Positions 51,153 through 59,094 of a stretch of 64,000 nt of DNA are shown here, piece after piece. The notes beneath the pieces are model-generated. The model was not told the origin of the DNA, searched no databases, and saw only the letters and a list, made by a program, of their open reading frames with translations. The DNA lies in NCBI GenBank assembly GCA_963712965.1, contig CAVQJZ010000003.1:2878-66877 (forward strand), read 5' to 3'. Numbering within the stretch: the stretch's first letter is position 1; every line of letters starts with the position of its first letter. Both the position numbers and the translations under genes were made by a program. Source of the DNA: an uncultured Pseudomonadota bacterium (GTDB lineage: Bacteria; Pseudomonadota; Gammaproteobacteria; DASZBR01).

Positions 51153-52703
51153 ATGAGCAAAACCCCAGAGGAACAGCGGGCCGAAGTCGACGCTTGTCTA
51201 CAAAGACTCGTTCAGAACCAAAAAGATGCAAACACATGGTTTGATTTAAGTGAGATACTCATTGAAAGTGAATATGAAATTGATTTTTCTACAATAACCA
51301 ATGCTTCGAGCCTGGCATTAACTGAAACTGGCGATCGATTTCGGCAAGCAGTTCAATGTCTTGTGCGAGGGTTAACTTATTATCCATACGATGCGAAGGC
51401 ATGGTTTGCGTTAAGTTATTTGCTCAGTCAATTTAAAATTAGTTTATCTGCTGCTAATGCTTCCAGCCTAAGATTAACTGGCAATAATTTTCATCAAGCA
51501 GCTCAGTGTCTTACTCGAGGCTTAATTTATTGTCCAGACGATGCAGACGCATGGTTTAATTTAGGATTATTACTCAAAGACCAGGCTATTGATTTATCAA
51601 AGATAGGCAAAATTCCTGGCGAAGCATTAACGGGTAATCAATATCAGCAAGTCGCTCAATGTTTTATGCGAGGCTTAACTTGTTATCCCTATGATGCGGA
51701 TGCATGGTTTGAGTTAGGTTTGTTGCTTAAAAACCATAATAATATTCATTTGTCTTTCAAAAAAGATAAAATCTTTGGCAGAATATTAAATGGCAATCAA
51801 TCTGAGCAAGCGGTTCAATGTTTCATGCAAGGATTAGCGTATGATCTAAAAAATAAAAACATGCGCTCTGAGTTATATTCGTTACTCAACACAGATACAG
51901 ATAAAGCCACCGATGAACAAGCAGCTCAATATTTTGCGAAAACACTAACGTATGATAAAAATAATGCGGCCGCATGGTTTAATTTAGGGTTTTTACTTAT
52001 AAATCCTAGTAACGTTGACTTGTCTACAATACCTAATAGTTCTTCTCTAGCATTAATTGATGATCCATTGGAGCGGCCAGCTCAATGTATTGCGAAAGGA
52101 TTAGAGATTGATCCACATAATGCAAATGCATGGTTTGAGTTAGGTTTGTTAATCAGATATCGTGTTTTATCCAGTTTACCCAACATAGATGGGGATCGAT
52201 ACCAGCAAGCAGCTCAATGTATGGTGCGAGCATTGGTTTGTGATGAACATAATTCAGAAGCCTGGTTTAATTTAGGTGGGTTACTCAGATATCACAGTAC
52301 TATTGATTTATCCAAGATAGACAAAGTTCCTGGTGAAGCATTAACTGGCGATCGATATCAGCACGCCGCTCAATGTATGGTGCGAGCATTAGTTTATGAT
52401 GAACATAATTCAGACGCCTGGTTTAATTTAGGTGGGTTACTCAAATATCACGATACTATTGATTTATCAAAGATAGGCAAAGTTCCTGGCGAAGTATTAA
52501 CTGGCGATCGAATCGCGATGGCTAATATATGTTTTGGAAAAATACGTTTTAAAAAAGAAAGCGCGGCAGCCAGCAGCAGTAGTTTTGCGAGCAATCCCTA
52601 CATGGGAAGTGGTATTGGAACTAATCATGTTTCACAAAAACATGGTCGATTTGAAGAGCCTGGAAATAAATTGGAAGGGCCTGAAAAAAAATTCAAAAAA
52701 TGA
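51153..52703 (+). CDS. TPR-like helical-repeat protein with about 9 units of a ~52-aa period
   Basis: Repeats read Q(A/V)AQC..R(G/A)L.Y...(D/N)A.AWF.LG.LL.. plus linker ..IDLSKIGK(V/I)PGE.LTG(D/N).YQ. gctcaatgt at 52212 and 52368 gives a 156-bp period. I prefer ATG 51153 (AGGTGG upstream) over GTG 51144. Confidence 0.75.
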   Translation: MSKTPEEQRAEVDACLQRLVQNQKDANTWFDLSEILIESEYEIDFSTITNASSLALTETGDRFRQAVQCLVRGLTYYPYDAKAWFALSYLLSQFKISLSAANASSLRLTGNNFHQAAQCLTRGLIYCPDDADAWFNLGLLLKDQAIDLSKIGKIPGEALTGNQYQQVAQCFMRGLTCYPYDADAWFELGLLLKNHNNIHLSFKKDKIFGRILNGNQSEQAVQCFMQGLAYDLKNKNMRSELYSLLNTDTDKATDEQAAQYFAKTLTYDKNNAAAWFNLGFLLINPSNVDLSTIPNSSSLALIDDPLERPAQCIAKGLEIDPHNANAWFELGLLIRYRVLSSLPNIDGDRYQQAAQCMVRALVCDEHNSEAWFNLGGLLRYHSTIDLSKIDKVPGEALTGDRYQHAAQCMVRALVYDEHNSDAWFNLGGLLKYHDTIDLSKIGKVPGEVLTGDRIAMANICFGKIRFKKESAAASSSSFASNPYMGSGIGTNHVSQKHGRFEEPGNKLEGPEKKFKK

Positions 52704-52704
52704 T

Positions 52705-52769
52705 TTAATCTTTTTTAATCAATTTTTGTTTAGCCGACGCATGTCGTTCGCGTGATCTGGTTTTTACAT
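52705..52769 (-). pseudogene. Relic of a tyrosine-integrase 3' end (paralog of 53855-55084) with a 72-bp internal deletion
   Basis: The reverse strand reads VKTRSRERHASAKQKLIKKD*. The intact integrase reads VKIRPRE[24 aa]RHASAKKKLIRRDE*. gccgacgcatgtcgttcgcg occurs at 52733-52752 and 53886-53905. gttcgcgtg.tctg.tttttacat occurs at 52746-52769 and 53971-53994. The deletion endpoints coincide with a 7-bp repeat, gttcgcg (53899 and 53971). Confidence 0.6.
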
Positions 52770-52790
52770 TGTCAATTGATTGTGAGTGTG

Positions 52791-53819
52791 ATGTTTATGG
52801 GATTTGAACTTTGCGAAGTTATTGGTAACCAAGATAAATTGAAAGAACAATTCGCTATTATTCGAAAGATTGGCGGCGGTGGCGAAAGCCGTGCTTTTGA
52901 AGTTGAAGTATATGCAACAAACAAAAAATATGCTCTCGTTGTTGAAAATGCACTTCATTCTCTGATGGATCCAGAACATGAAAAACCTGTAATCGAAGCG
53001 ATGATGCGCCACCAACGTTATAATTGTCATCAGGCTAAAATACATGGATATTTTTGGATAACCAGCAAAAACATGGGCACATGTAAGCAAACGGGTAAAC
53101 CCAGAACACTCGTCATACCCTATCAAAATGTTAAAGATAATGACATATTTAATCGCGAGTATGACAATGATGAAACCGCAACCATTTATAGACATAGAGC
53201 TTATCTTTTAGAGTTAGGTATTTGCGATTTGGCGTCTACAATGTATTCAAAATTTTTAGCTGATAAAATTTGTGATGACAATTTTGATAATTTAAGCGCT
53301 AACATTGCTCATTCATGCTTAAGATTAGCAGGCCTTAGCGCAATGGATTTTAAAGGTCGCAATCATATTTTAGTGCCTGCAAGTCAATGTGAATATGACG
53401 GTAAGTTAATGAGTGATTTTGATTATTGGGCATATCATATTTGTGAAGGCATAACAATTTACATCCCCTGCCAAAAATATGTAGTAAAGCGCATTGATTT
53501 TTTAGACTGGGGATACAATCCCGAACAGGAAGAACCTATGGGTAATATTAAAAATAGTTTGATGGACTCGGTTAAATTAGATTATGAAACGCTATGCCAA
53601 AAACCTACACATACAAATCGTATTTTAGACATCTATCCTAATCCATTGTACGTTAATCCTTATCAAAAAAGTGGTAATAACCCACAAGTGATGAGCTCAT
53701 TTAGCGAAGGAAATTATTCGCCATTATTAATGTCGGCTGCTTCCAAAAATATTTTAGAGGGAAACAACGCGCATATGACAACACAAGTTATCCTCAGTAA
53801 ATTTTATTGTCGGCAGTAG
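52791..53819 (+). CDS. Hypothetical protein with possible atypical protein-kinase-like motifs
   Basis: IRKIGGGGESRAFEV (Gly-rich loop-like), SAMDFKGRNHILV (D-x-K-x-x-N catalytic-loop-like), and LMSDFDYW 25 aa later (DFG-like). The region is AT-rich. The ORF-track start 52752 lies inside the integrase relic, so I prefer ATG 52791. Confidence 0.55.
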   Translation: MFMGFELCEVIGNQDKLKEQFAIIRKIGGGGESRAFEVEVYATNKKYALVVENALHSLMDPEHEKPVIEAMMRHQRYNCHQAKIHGYFWITSKNMGTCKQTGKPRTLVIPYQNVKDNDIFNREYDNDETATIYRHRAYLLELGICDLASTMYSKFLADKICDDNFDNLSANIAHSCLRLAGLSAMDFKGRNHILVPASQCEYDGKLMSDFDYWAYHICEGITIYIPCQKYVVKRIDFLDWGYNPEQEEPMGNIKNSLMDSVKLDYETLCQKPTHTNRILDIYPNPLYVNPYQKSGNNPQVMSSFSEGNYSPLLMSAASKNILEGNNAHMTTQVILSKFYCRQ

Positions 53820-53854
53820 GCTAATGATCGTGATAGATGTAATTAATTTTTCTT

Positions 53855-55084
53855 TCACTCATCTCGTCGTATCAATTTCTTTTTCGCCGACGCATGTCGT
53901 TCGCGCAATTCGACATCAATATAACGATCGGTAATAGCACCCGAACCATGACCAGCATCATCGCGCACATGTTCGCGTGGTCTGATTTTTACATCATCAG
54001 AAATTCCTGTGTGGCGTAACCAGTGAACGGTCGCGGATTTTAATTGATCGGCATCTTCGGGAAAATTATCTTCTTGTAATCGTTTAACAGCATGATCAAA
54101 ACATTCTTGTACAATTTTGCGAATATGGCGTGTGCCGCTAATCGATCCTTTGCCGCGTACTTTTGAAATTAAGGAAAGCGTTTCGCCAAGCACTGGAAGA
54201 GGGGTGAGGTTTAAGCTACCGCGATAACGTTTTAATGCCGATAACATTTTATCACTCACCGCAATATCACGTTCTTTATTGCCTTTACCAACAGTTTTAA
54301 ACCACCAATTGCCATCCATATCTTTAAAAAAATGTTGCATTTGTGGTTCCCAACGATGACTGGAAGATAATTCTGAAATACGCAAATACAATGCATATAA
54401 CGCATTCATAATAAATAGCGTGCGTTCATGAGTTTCAGGGTTTTCGCTTGCCATAAGTTCTGCGGTTTCAATGACATAAGCCCATTGCAATTCGGATAAT
54501 CGCCGAATAATTTTTGTGCCTTGTTGCTTACGTAAAAATTGACTCTTTTGGCGAATTTGCATGACGGGATTAACTTCAGCATAGCCTTCTTGAATTAAAT
54601 AATTATAAAAGCTACTTAAGATAGCAAAAATTGCCTGCAGACCACTTTGGGATAATAAATAGTCATCGACAGAAGGTTTGCCACCATCTTGGCGTGAACG
54701 TTTGCTGATATTCACGACAAATGGTCGCCATTCTGGATTGGGAAGGCGTTGTCCATTTTTATCAACAAAACGCGTAACATTTTTTAAACCAATCCAGCTC
54801 TTGGTAGGATTTTGGCAAAACTTTAAGAACGATTCGAAATCGGCACGACGTAGATCACGCACGGGCTTTTTCGCCACATACCAACTCCAGTGTAAGAGAC
54901 GCTCAACTTCACGACGATAAGCGTTGAACGTCGCTGCTGAACCACTATAAGCATCTAAGAATTCAAGCGCGTAGCGACATTCTTTTTCGGCATCTTTAAT
55001 GGATGTCGCAAACGGTATTAGCGTCGATTTAAAATATTCAAGATTGTCGAACAGTGGGATAGGTAGGTAAGGTTTCGTCGTCAT
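53855..55084 (-). mobile_element. Tyrosine recombinase / integrase (410 aa)
   Basis: Catalytic-core pattern: ..LYLRISELSS (Arg I), HWLRHTGISD (H-x-x-R), AGHGSGAITDRYI (His/Tyr). I prefer ATG 55084 (MTTKPYLPIP..), 4 nt downstream of the toxin gene stop. The longer ORF-track form overlaps the toxin gene by 130 nt. Confidence 0.88.
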
Positions 55085-55088
55085 AAAG

Positions 55089-55385
55089 CTATGGATGCTC
55101 TGTGATAGCAAGAATGGTAATTTCTTTTTTCCCTGGGCCGTAACACCAAAAAACTCGATAGGCGGCTGGAGTATTATTTTCAGCATAGGCCTCAAAAACA
55201 TCTTCGTTATTTGGCCCACTTAAGGAAGTATATTTATGTGTATTTAAACTGGGATGACGAGGGTTAATTTCTAAATAGCCGAGCGCTTTTCTGACGGCTT
55301 TGAAACGCTTTGATAATCCTTTATTTTTCTCTAAATGATCAAGATCATCGCTAGCTTGATGAGTAAATAATAATGTAAATGACAT
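55089..55385 (-). CDS. Type II toxin, RelE/ParE superfamily
   Basis: 98 aa. ..DDLDHL......RFKAVRKALGYLEINPRHPSL.THKY..L.......FEAY..N..PAAYRVFW.Y.....ITILAITEHP is typical of small RelE/ParE-fold toxins. It shares 1 nt with the upstream antitoxin gene. Confidence 0.72.
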   Translation of the reverse strand: MSFTLLFTHQASDDLDHLEKNKGLSKRFKAVRKALGYLEINPRHPSLNTHKYTSLSGPNNEDVFEAYAENNTPAAYRVFWCYGPGKKEITILAITEHP

Positions 55386-55651
55386 TATTTGGATTCATCT
55401 GTGAATTTGGCAAAGCTACCTTTTTTAACCAAGTGACCCGCTTTTGCGTCTTTAATTCCTTGATGGATTTTTTTTACTGCCAGCTTGTTGTTCAGTAACC
55501 ACTTTTCTCTGGAAGGAACCTCTGAGTAGGGTTCTAAAACAATTCTATGTGCGCTTATCTCAACGACAGCGAACCTGCTGACGCCATCGGCCAGATGGCC
55601 CATCGCAATGCGTCCTTTTGAATCCGGTCGCAACATTCGAAGTGCGGTCAT
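55385..55651 (-). CDS. AbrB/SpoVT-fold antitoxin
   Basis: 88 aa. N-terminal ..RPDSKGRIAMG.. matches the looped-hinge-helix (SpoVT/AbrB) pattern. Gene order is antitoxin then toxin. Confidence 0.68.
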   Translation of the reverse strand: MTALRMLRPDSKGRIAMGHLADGVSRFAVVEISAHRIVLEPYSEVPSREKWLLNNKLAVKKIHQGIKDAKAGHLVKKGSFAKFTDESK

Positions 55652-55897
55652 AAGTGTATCATCCTCAAAAATAAGCCTTAATATAGAGAATATAGCACAA
55701 TGTGGGAAAATGACCAGGTGGGATTTCTATCATTGAACTTGCAACAATTATGGATAAGCTAAACAATAAGCTAAGAAAAAGTTTAGAGCACGCAGCCACC
55801 CATGGAGAACAGTGTTAGCAGTTTTTGAAGCAAAACCAGGTAAAGAGCAGGTACTTAAGGAAGTATTGCACTCGCTCATATATAGGAGATTGAAATT

Positions 55898-56272
55898 ATG
55901 TACGTTGAGTTATTGAAGGAAATGTTTTCTGAAATGGTTGAGAAGAAAAATAGTGATTTAATTTCAAAATATTATCATGAAACATTTGAACTTTATGCTA
56001 ATGGGCAAATACAAGATTATTCTTATTTTTCAGAATTTCATAAAAATATTTATCAAACAAATATTAAGTATGAAGTTAGCTATGATGAGAATGCTTTTAT
56101 TGAACAAGGTGAAAAAATAGCCGCACGAGTATTCTTTATTATTTCTAAGCCTGGTGAAACAGTTAAAGAACTAGAAGTTATTTTGATTTGTAAATTTAAG
56201 GATAATAAAATTTTTAGGCTCTGGGAGCTCTGTTATCCAGATTGGAGCAAAATGAGTGAATTTAAACAATAA
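55898..56272 (+). CDS. SnoaL/NTF2-like small protein (ester-cyclase-like)
   Basis: AGGAGA lies upstream. 124 aa. The pattern ..L..MF.E.....D...I.KYYHE.F.LY.NG......F..FH..... resembles SnoaL-like cyclases. Assignment is by pattern only. Confidence 0.55.
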   Translation: MYVELLKEMFSEMVEKKNSDLISKYYHETFELYANGQIQDYSYFSEFHKNIYQTNIKYEVSYDENAFIEQGEKIAARVFFIISKPGETVKELEVILICKFKDNKIFRLWELCYPDWSKMSEFKQ

Positions 56273-56302
56273 TTGGCGGATTGCAGAACTCAAATACTAT
56301 TA

Positions 56303-56326
56303 GGCCGATAATGAGAGTTATCGGCC
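56303..56326. terminator. Hairpin between convergent genes (bidirectional terminator candidate)
   Basis: ggccgataa-tgagag-ttatcggcc: 9-bp stem and 6-nt loop. Confidence 0.5.
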
Positions 56327-56368
56327 ATTATAAGGATGTCTCTCATTCCCCGCAACTAAAAAACTACG

Positions 56369-56809
56369 CTATTTGTCTTTTTTGGATTTATCTCTTCTTA
56401 CGCTCGCTTCTTCAATTTCATGTTTTACATGTTCCAATGAAGCGACAATTTGATTGTAGTCAGTTGGTTTCCCATCAACGCTTGGCGGAATGTAATCAAT
56501 TTTTCCTGAAGCTGAAAAATCATCGCTTGCAACCATAACACCAAAATGACGCACAATAGTTGACTCAACGATGTCATCTAACGGGTTCGCTAATCTTACT
56601 GTGACATCAATATCGAGTACTTTTTTTAATTCCTCTTCAGATACGTCAGTATATCCAATAGAGATAATTTCTCGGGGATTAGAAATATTTACTATAGTTT
56701 GTATGATATTTTTTGTTCCGAATCCAACTGTGTGAAACCACGCTTTTCGATAATCCTCATACGTTTTTCCAGGTTTTAAGCTACGGGTAACCATAGCAAC
56801 AAATTTCAT
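56369..56809 (-). CDS. Hypothetical protein (146 aa)
   Basis: AAGGAG lies upstream of the ATG. No recognisable motif. The overlapping + strand ORF 56281-56538 is rejected. Confidence 0.6.
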   Translation of the reverse strand: MKFVAMVTRSLKPGKTYEDYRKAWFHTVGFGTKNIIQTIVNISNPREIISIGYTDVSEEELKKVLDIDVTVRLANPLDDIVESTIVRHFGVMVASDDFSASGKIDYIPPSVDGKPTDYNQIVASLEHVKHEIEEASVRRDKSKKDK

Positions 56810-56829
56810 ATTAACTCCTTGTAGTTAAA

Positions 56830-57528
56830 CTATTTCAACAACCAAGCTGGTGTTAATGCCGAATACTGCTTTAGTGCTTTACGTAACTCTTGATGATTTG
56901 AGTTAAAGCTACTCAGCAATTTCCAAAATGATTTTGAATGATTGAAATGTACGGTGTGACACAGTTCGTGCAACAAAACATAATCGACCACTGCTGTTGG
57001 TAAGAATAATAGTTTTAAACTCAGTGAAATCTTTTTCTTAGCAGAACAACTTCCCCAGCGTGTGTTTGCATTGCCAATACTAAGCGCGGTGTAAGCTAAA
57101 CCTGTCATTTCACATAATTCATCTAGTCTTGCTGTTAAATATAATTGAGCTTGAAGTTTTAACCATTTTTTTAATACGATAAGTACAGATAATTGTTGAT
57201 TAATATCGCCCGTAATTTTTAATTGGCGATGAGCAATTTCTTTTGTATTAAAATTTTTTCTATCCGCCACTTCATACGCAATGTTCCAAGTTTGATTGAT
57301 GGCTAATAGCTGTAGCTCTTCTGGTAACGAAATATCAACAGGCTGAATTTTTAACCACATCTGCTCTATCCACAGCCTGCTTTTTTCAATGAGCGCAGGG
57401 ATTTCTTTTTGATTAAAACGTCGTGGTACCACAACGCGCAAACCATGCCGACGACACATTTTTAAATAAACTCGTTTTGAACGTTTACTTTGCACAATGT
57501 GGTAAGACGGTGGCCAGTTAAGATGCAT
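56830..57528 (-). CDS. YgjP-like (DUF45/M48-type) metal-dependent hydrolase
   Basis: HExxH motif in LLHELCHTVHFNHSKSFW, and RWGSCS upstream of it, as in the YgjP family. I prefer ATG 57528 because it does not overlap the upstream gene. Confidence 0.8.
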   Translation of the reverse strand: MHLNWPPSYHIVQSKRSKRVYLKMCRRHGLRVVVPRRFNQKEIPALIEKSRLWIEQMWLKIQPVDISLPEELQLLAINQTWNIAYEVADRKNFNTKEIAHRQLKITGDINQQLSVLIVLKKWLKLQAQLYLTARLDELCEMTGLAYTALSIGNANTRWGSCSAKKKISLSLKLLFLPTAVVDYVLLHELCHTVHFNHSKSFWKLLSSFNSNHQELRKALKQYSALTPAWLLK

Positions 57529-57533
57529 TAAAC

Positions 57534-58061
57534 TTATCCTGATGTAGGGCGAGCAAAAAGTTTTTCCATAATATAGCAATTCGTGATTCCATCAAATGCT
57601 TCTTTAACAAATTGAAACCCTGCTTTTTCATAGCATCGAATTGCACGTTTGTTAGTGACTGCTGGATCAATCAAAATTATTTTTGCATCAAAATGATTGA
57701 AAATATATTCAACAAAAGCATTAACGATTTTTGTGCCATAACCTTGATTAAGATAGCCCTCCTCGCCAATGAATAAATCCATACCAAATGTGCCTGGATT
57801 TTCTTGTGTAAAAAGCCCTTTAGGTTTGGGGCAAATAGTACGATAAGCATATAAATCACAGCACTGAATGTAGCCAATCGGGTTATCATCCAAATAAATA
57901 GTGAACGGATAATCGTAGCCATTCCCTTTTATTTTTTGATGAATGTAATCCGTGGTTTCATAACCTTCGATAAACCATACGTCTTTCACGTGCGGCAGCG
58001 CTATCCATCGCTCCCATAAGACGATGTGGGCTTCTTTAAACGGTTTAAATTGGATATCCAA
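57534..58061 (-). CDS. GNAT acetyltransferase of the AAC(6')-Ib / Acetyltransf_8-like group
   Basis: GMDLFIGEEGYLNQGYGTKIVNAFVEYIFNHFDAKIILIDPAVTNKRAIRCYEKAGF is collinear with my recollection of AAC(6')-Ib: GIDQLLANASQLGKGLGTKLVRALVELLFNDPEVTKIQTDPSPSNLRAIRCYEKAGF. TTG start with GGAGGAG upstream. Confidence 0.72.
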   Translation of the reverse strand: MDIQFKPFKEAHIVLWERWIALPHVKDVWFIEGYETTDYIHQKIKGNGYDYPFTIYLDDNPIGYIQCCDLYAYRTICPKPKGLFTQENPGTFGMDLFIGEEGYLNQGYGTKIVNAFVEYIFNHFDAKIILIDPAVTNKRAIRCYEKAGFQFVKEAFDGITNCYIMEKLFARPTSG

Positions 58062-58126
58062 AACTCCTCCCCCTCCCTCTCCTTTCCCTCTATTTTCCCT
58101 AAAAAATCAATGGATTCAAGGGGTTT

Positions 58127-58159
58127 CTTAATAAAACCTTAAGGTTTCTCAGTTAGAAT
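58127..58159 (+). promoter_or_regulatory. Box copy 4: CTTAATAAAAC-CTTAAGGTTTC + 5 nt + TAGAAT
   Basis: Box at 58127-58148, then tcagt, then tagaat at 58154-58159. ATG 58196 lies 37 nt downstream. Confidence 0.55.
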
Positions 58160-58195
58160 CTTGGGCCAGTTGTTTTGTTTCAGAGATAAGTTTAA

Positions 58196-59071
58196 ATGAA
58201 AAAAATGAAAAATCAGTTAATCGAGGATCTTTGCAAGGAAATAGATGATCTTGAAATTAGCATAGAAGATTTAAAAGAAAATCAGAGCGTTCATCCTGAG
58301 ATATATTGTTATTTGCAACAAAAATATCGTGCTTTAGTTCAAGTATTAGAAAAAGAATTCGATGAATGCAAAGATTATGACGCGCTTTATTGTCTTGCTG
58401 AATTATATGAATACGGTAACGGAGTTCAAAAAAATTCCAAAATAGCATTTAGTTTTTATTACCGCGCAGCACAAAACAATCAAATTGATGCCATTTATCG
58501 CCTTAGTCGTGCGTATGAGACAGGTGACACCAATCTTAATGTATTCCGGAGTGAACAGTTAGCGCAAGACTATCTTATTAGAGCGGCTGCTTTAAAACAT
58601 AAAAAAGCACAAATCTCTATTTTTGATCAATTAATCCCTGCAATGTCTGCTCAAGAAATTGAAGCATTTGCTCGTGAAGCTCGAGAGAAAAATGCAGTGC
58701 AATTACTTTCAATGCTGGAAGATGTATCTCATTTGGGTGCTCTTTATCATGTCGCTATGGGTTTGCAAGATCAAATGAAAATTTGTGAACTTATGTTAGA
58801 TTCGCCTAATACATTTATTAAATATTTATGGCATGATCCATTGCTTTCGGATGAAGAAAAAGAGTTTTATAGAAAACAAGTGACATATTGTTATGGATTA
58901 TCTTTTAAACCTAAATCTCCATGGAATGCAGAAAATTTACCGCCAGTGGGTGATAAAACAAAATTAGGTCCTTATGCAATGGCTATTCTTCAACGCAAAG
59001 CACCAAACCTAGACGAAGAAGTTACAAGCTCGACCCCAGTCAGTAGCTTTATTAACCCAATGTATTATTAA
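58196..59071 (+). CDS. Sel1-like-repeat (SLR) protein, paralog 1
   Basis: SLR consensus ALYCLAELYEYGNGVQKNSKIAFSFYYRAAQNNQIDAIYRLSRAYETGD. Confidence 0.85.
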   Translation: MKKMKNQLIEDLCKEIDDLEISIEDLKENQSVHPEIYCYLQQKYRALVQVLEKEFDECKDYDALYCLAELYEYGNGVQKNSKIAFSFYYRAAQNNQIDAIYRLSRAYETGDTNLNVFRSEQLAQDYLIRAAALKHKKAQISIFDQLIPAMSAQEIEAFAREAREKNAVQLLSMLEDVSHLGALYHVAMGLQDQMKICELMLDSPNTFIKYLWHDPLLSDEEKEFYRKQVTYCYGLSFKPKSPWNAENLPPVGDKTKLGPYAMAILQRKAPNLDEEVTSSTPVSSFINPMYY

Positions 59072-59094
59072 AAAATCTATAAATCTCGGGGTTT

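Noticed and set aside
53820-55900. Expected tRNA/tmRNA integration target or obvious att direct repeats next to the integrase
   Set aside because: I found no cloverleaf-like sequence or T-arm motif (e.g. GGTTCGAATCC-type) by eye here or anywhere in the window. The only repeat involving the integrase is the internal 3'-end relic at 52705-52769.
58064-58100. About 36-nt polypyrimidine tract (ctcctccccctccctctcctttccctc-a-ttttccct), a potential H-DNA/triplex-forming sequence
   Set aside because: On the coding (minus) strand it is the purine-rich leader containing the strong GGAGGAG SD of the GNAT gene. A single occurrence with no mirror symmetry worth calling.
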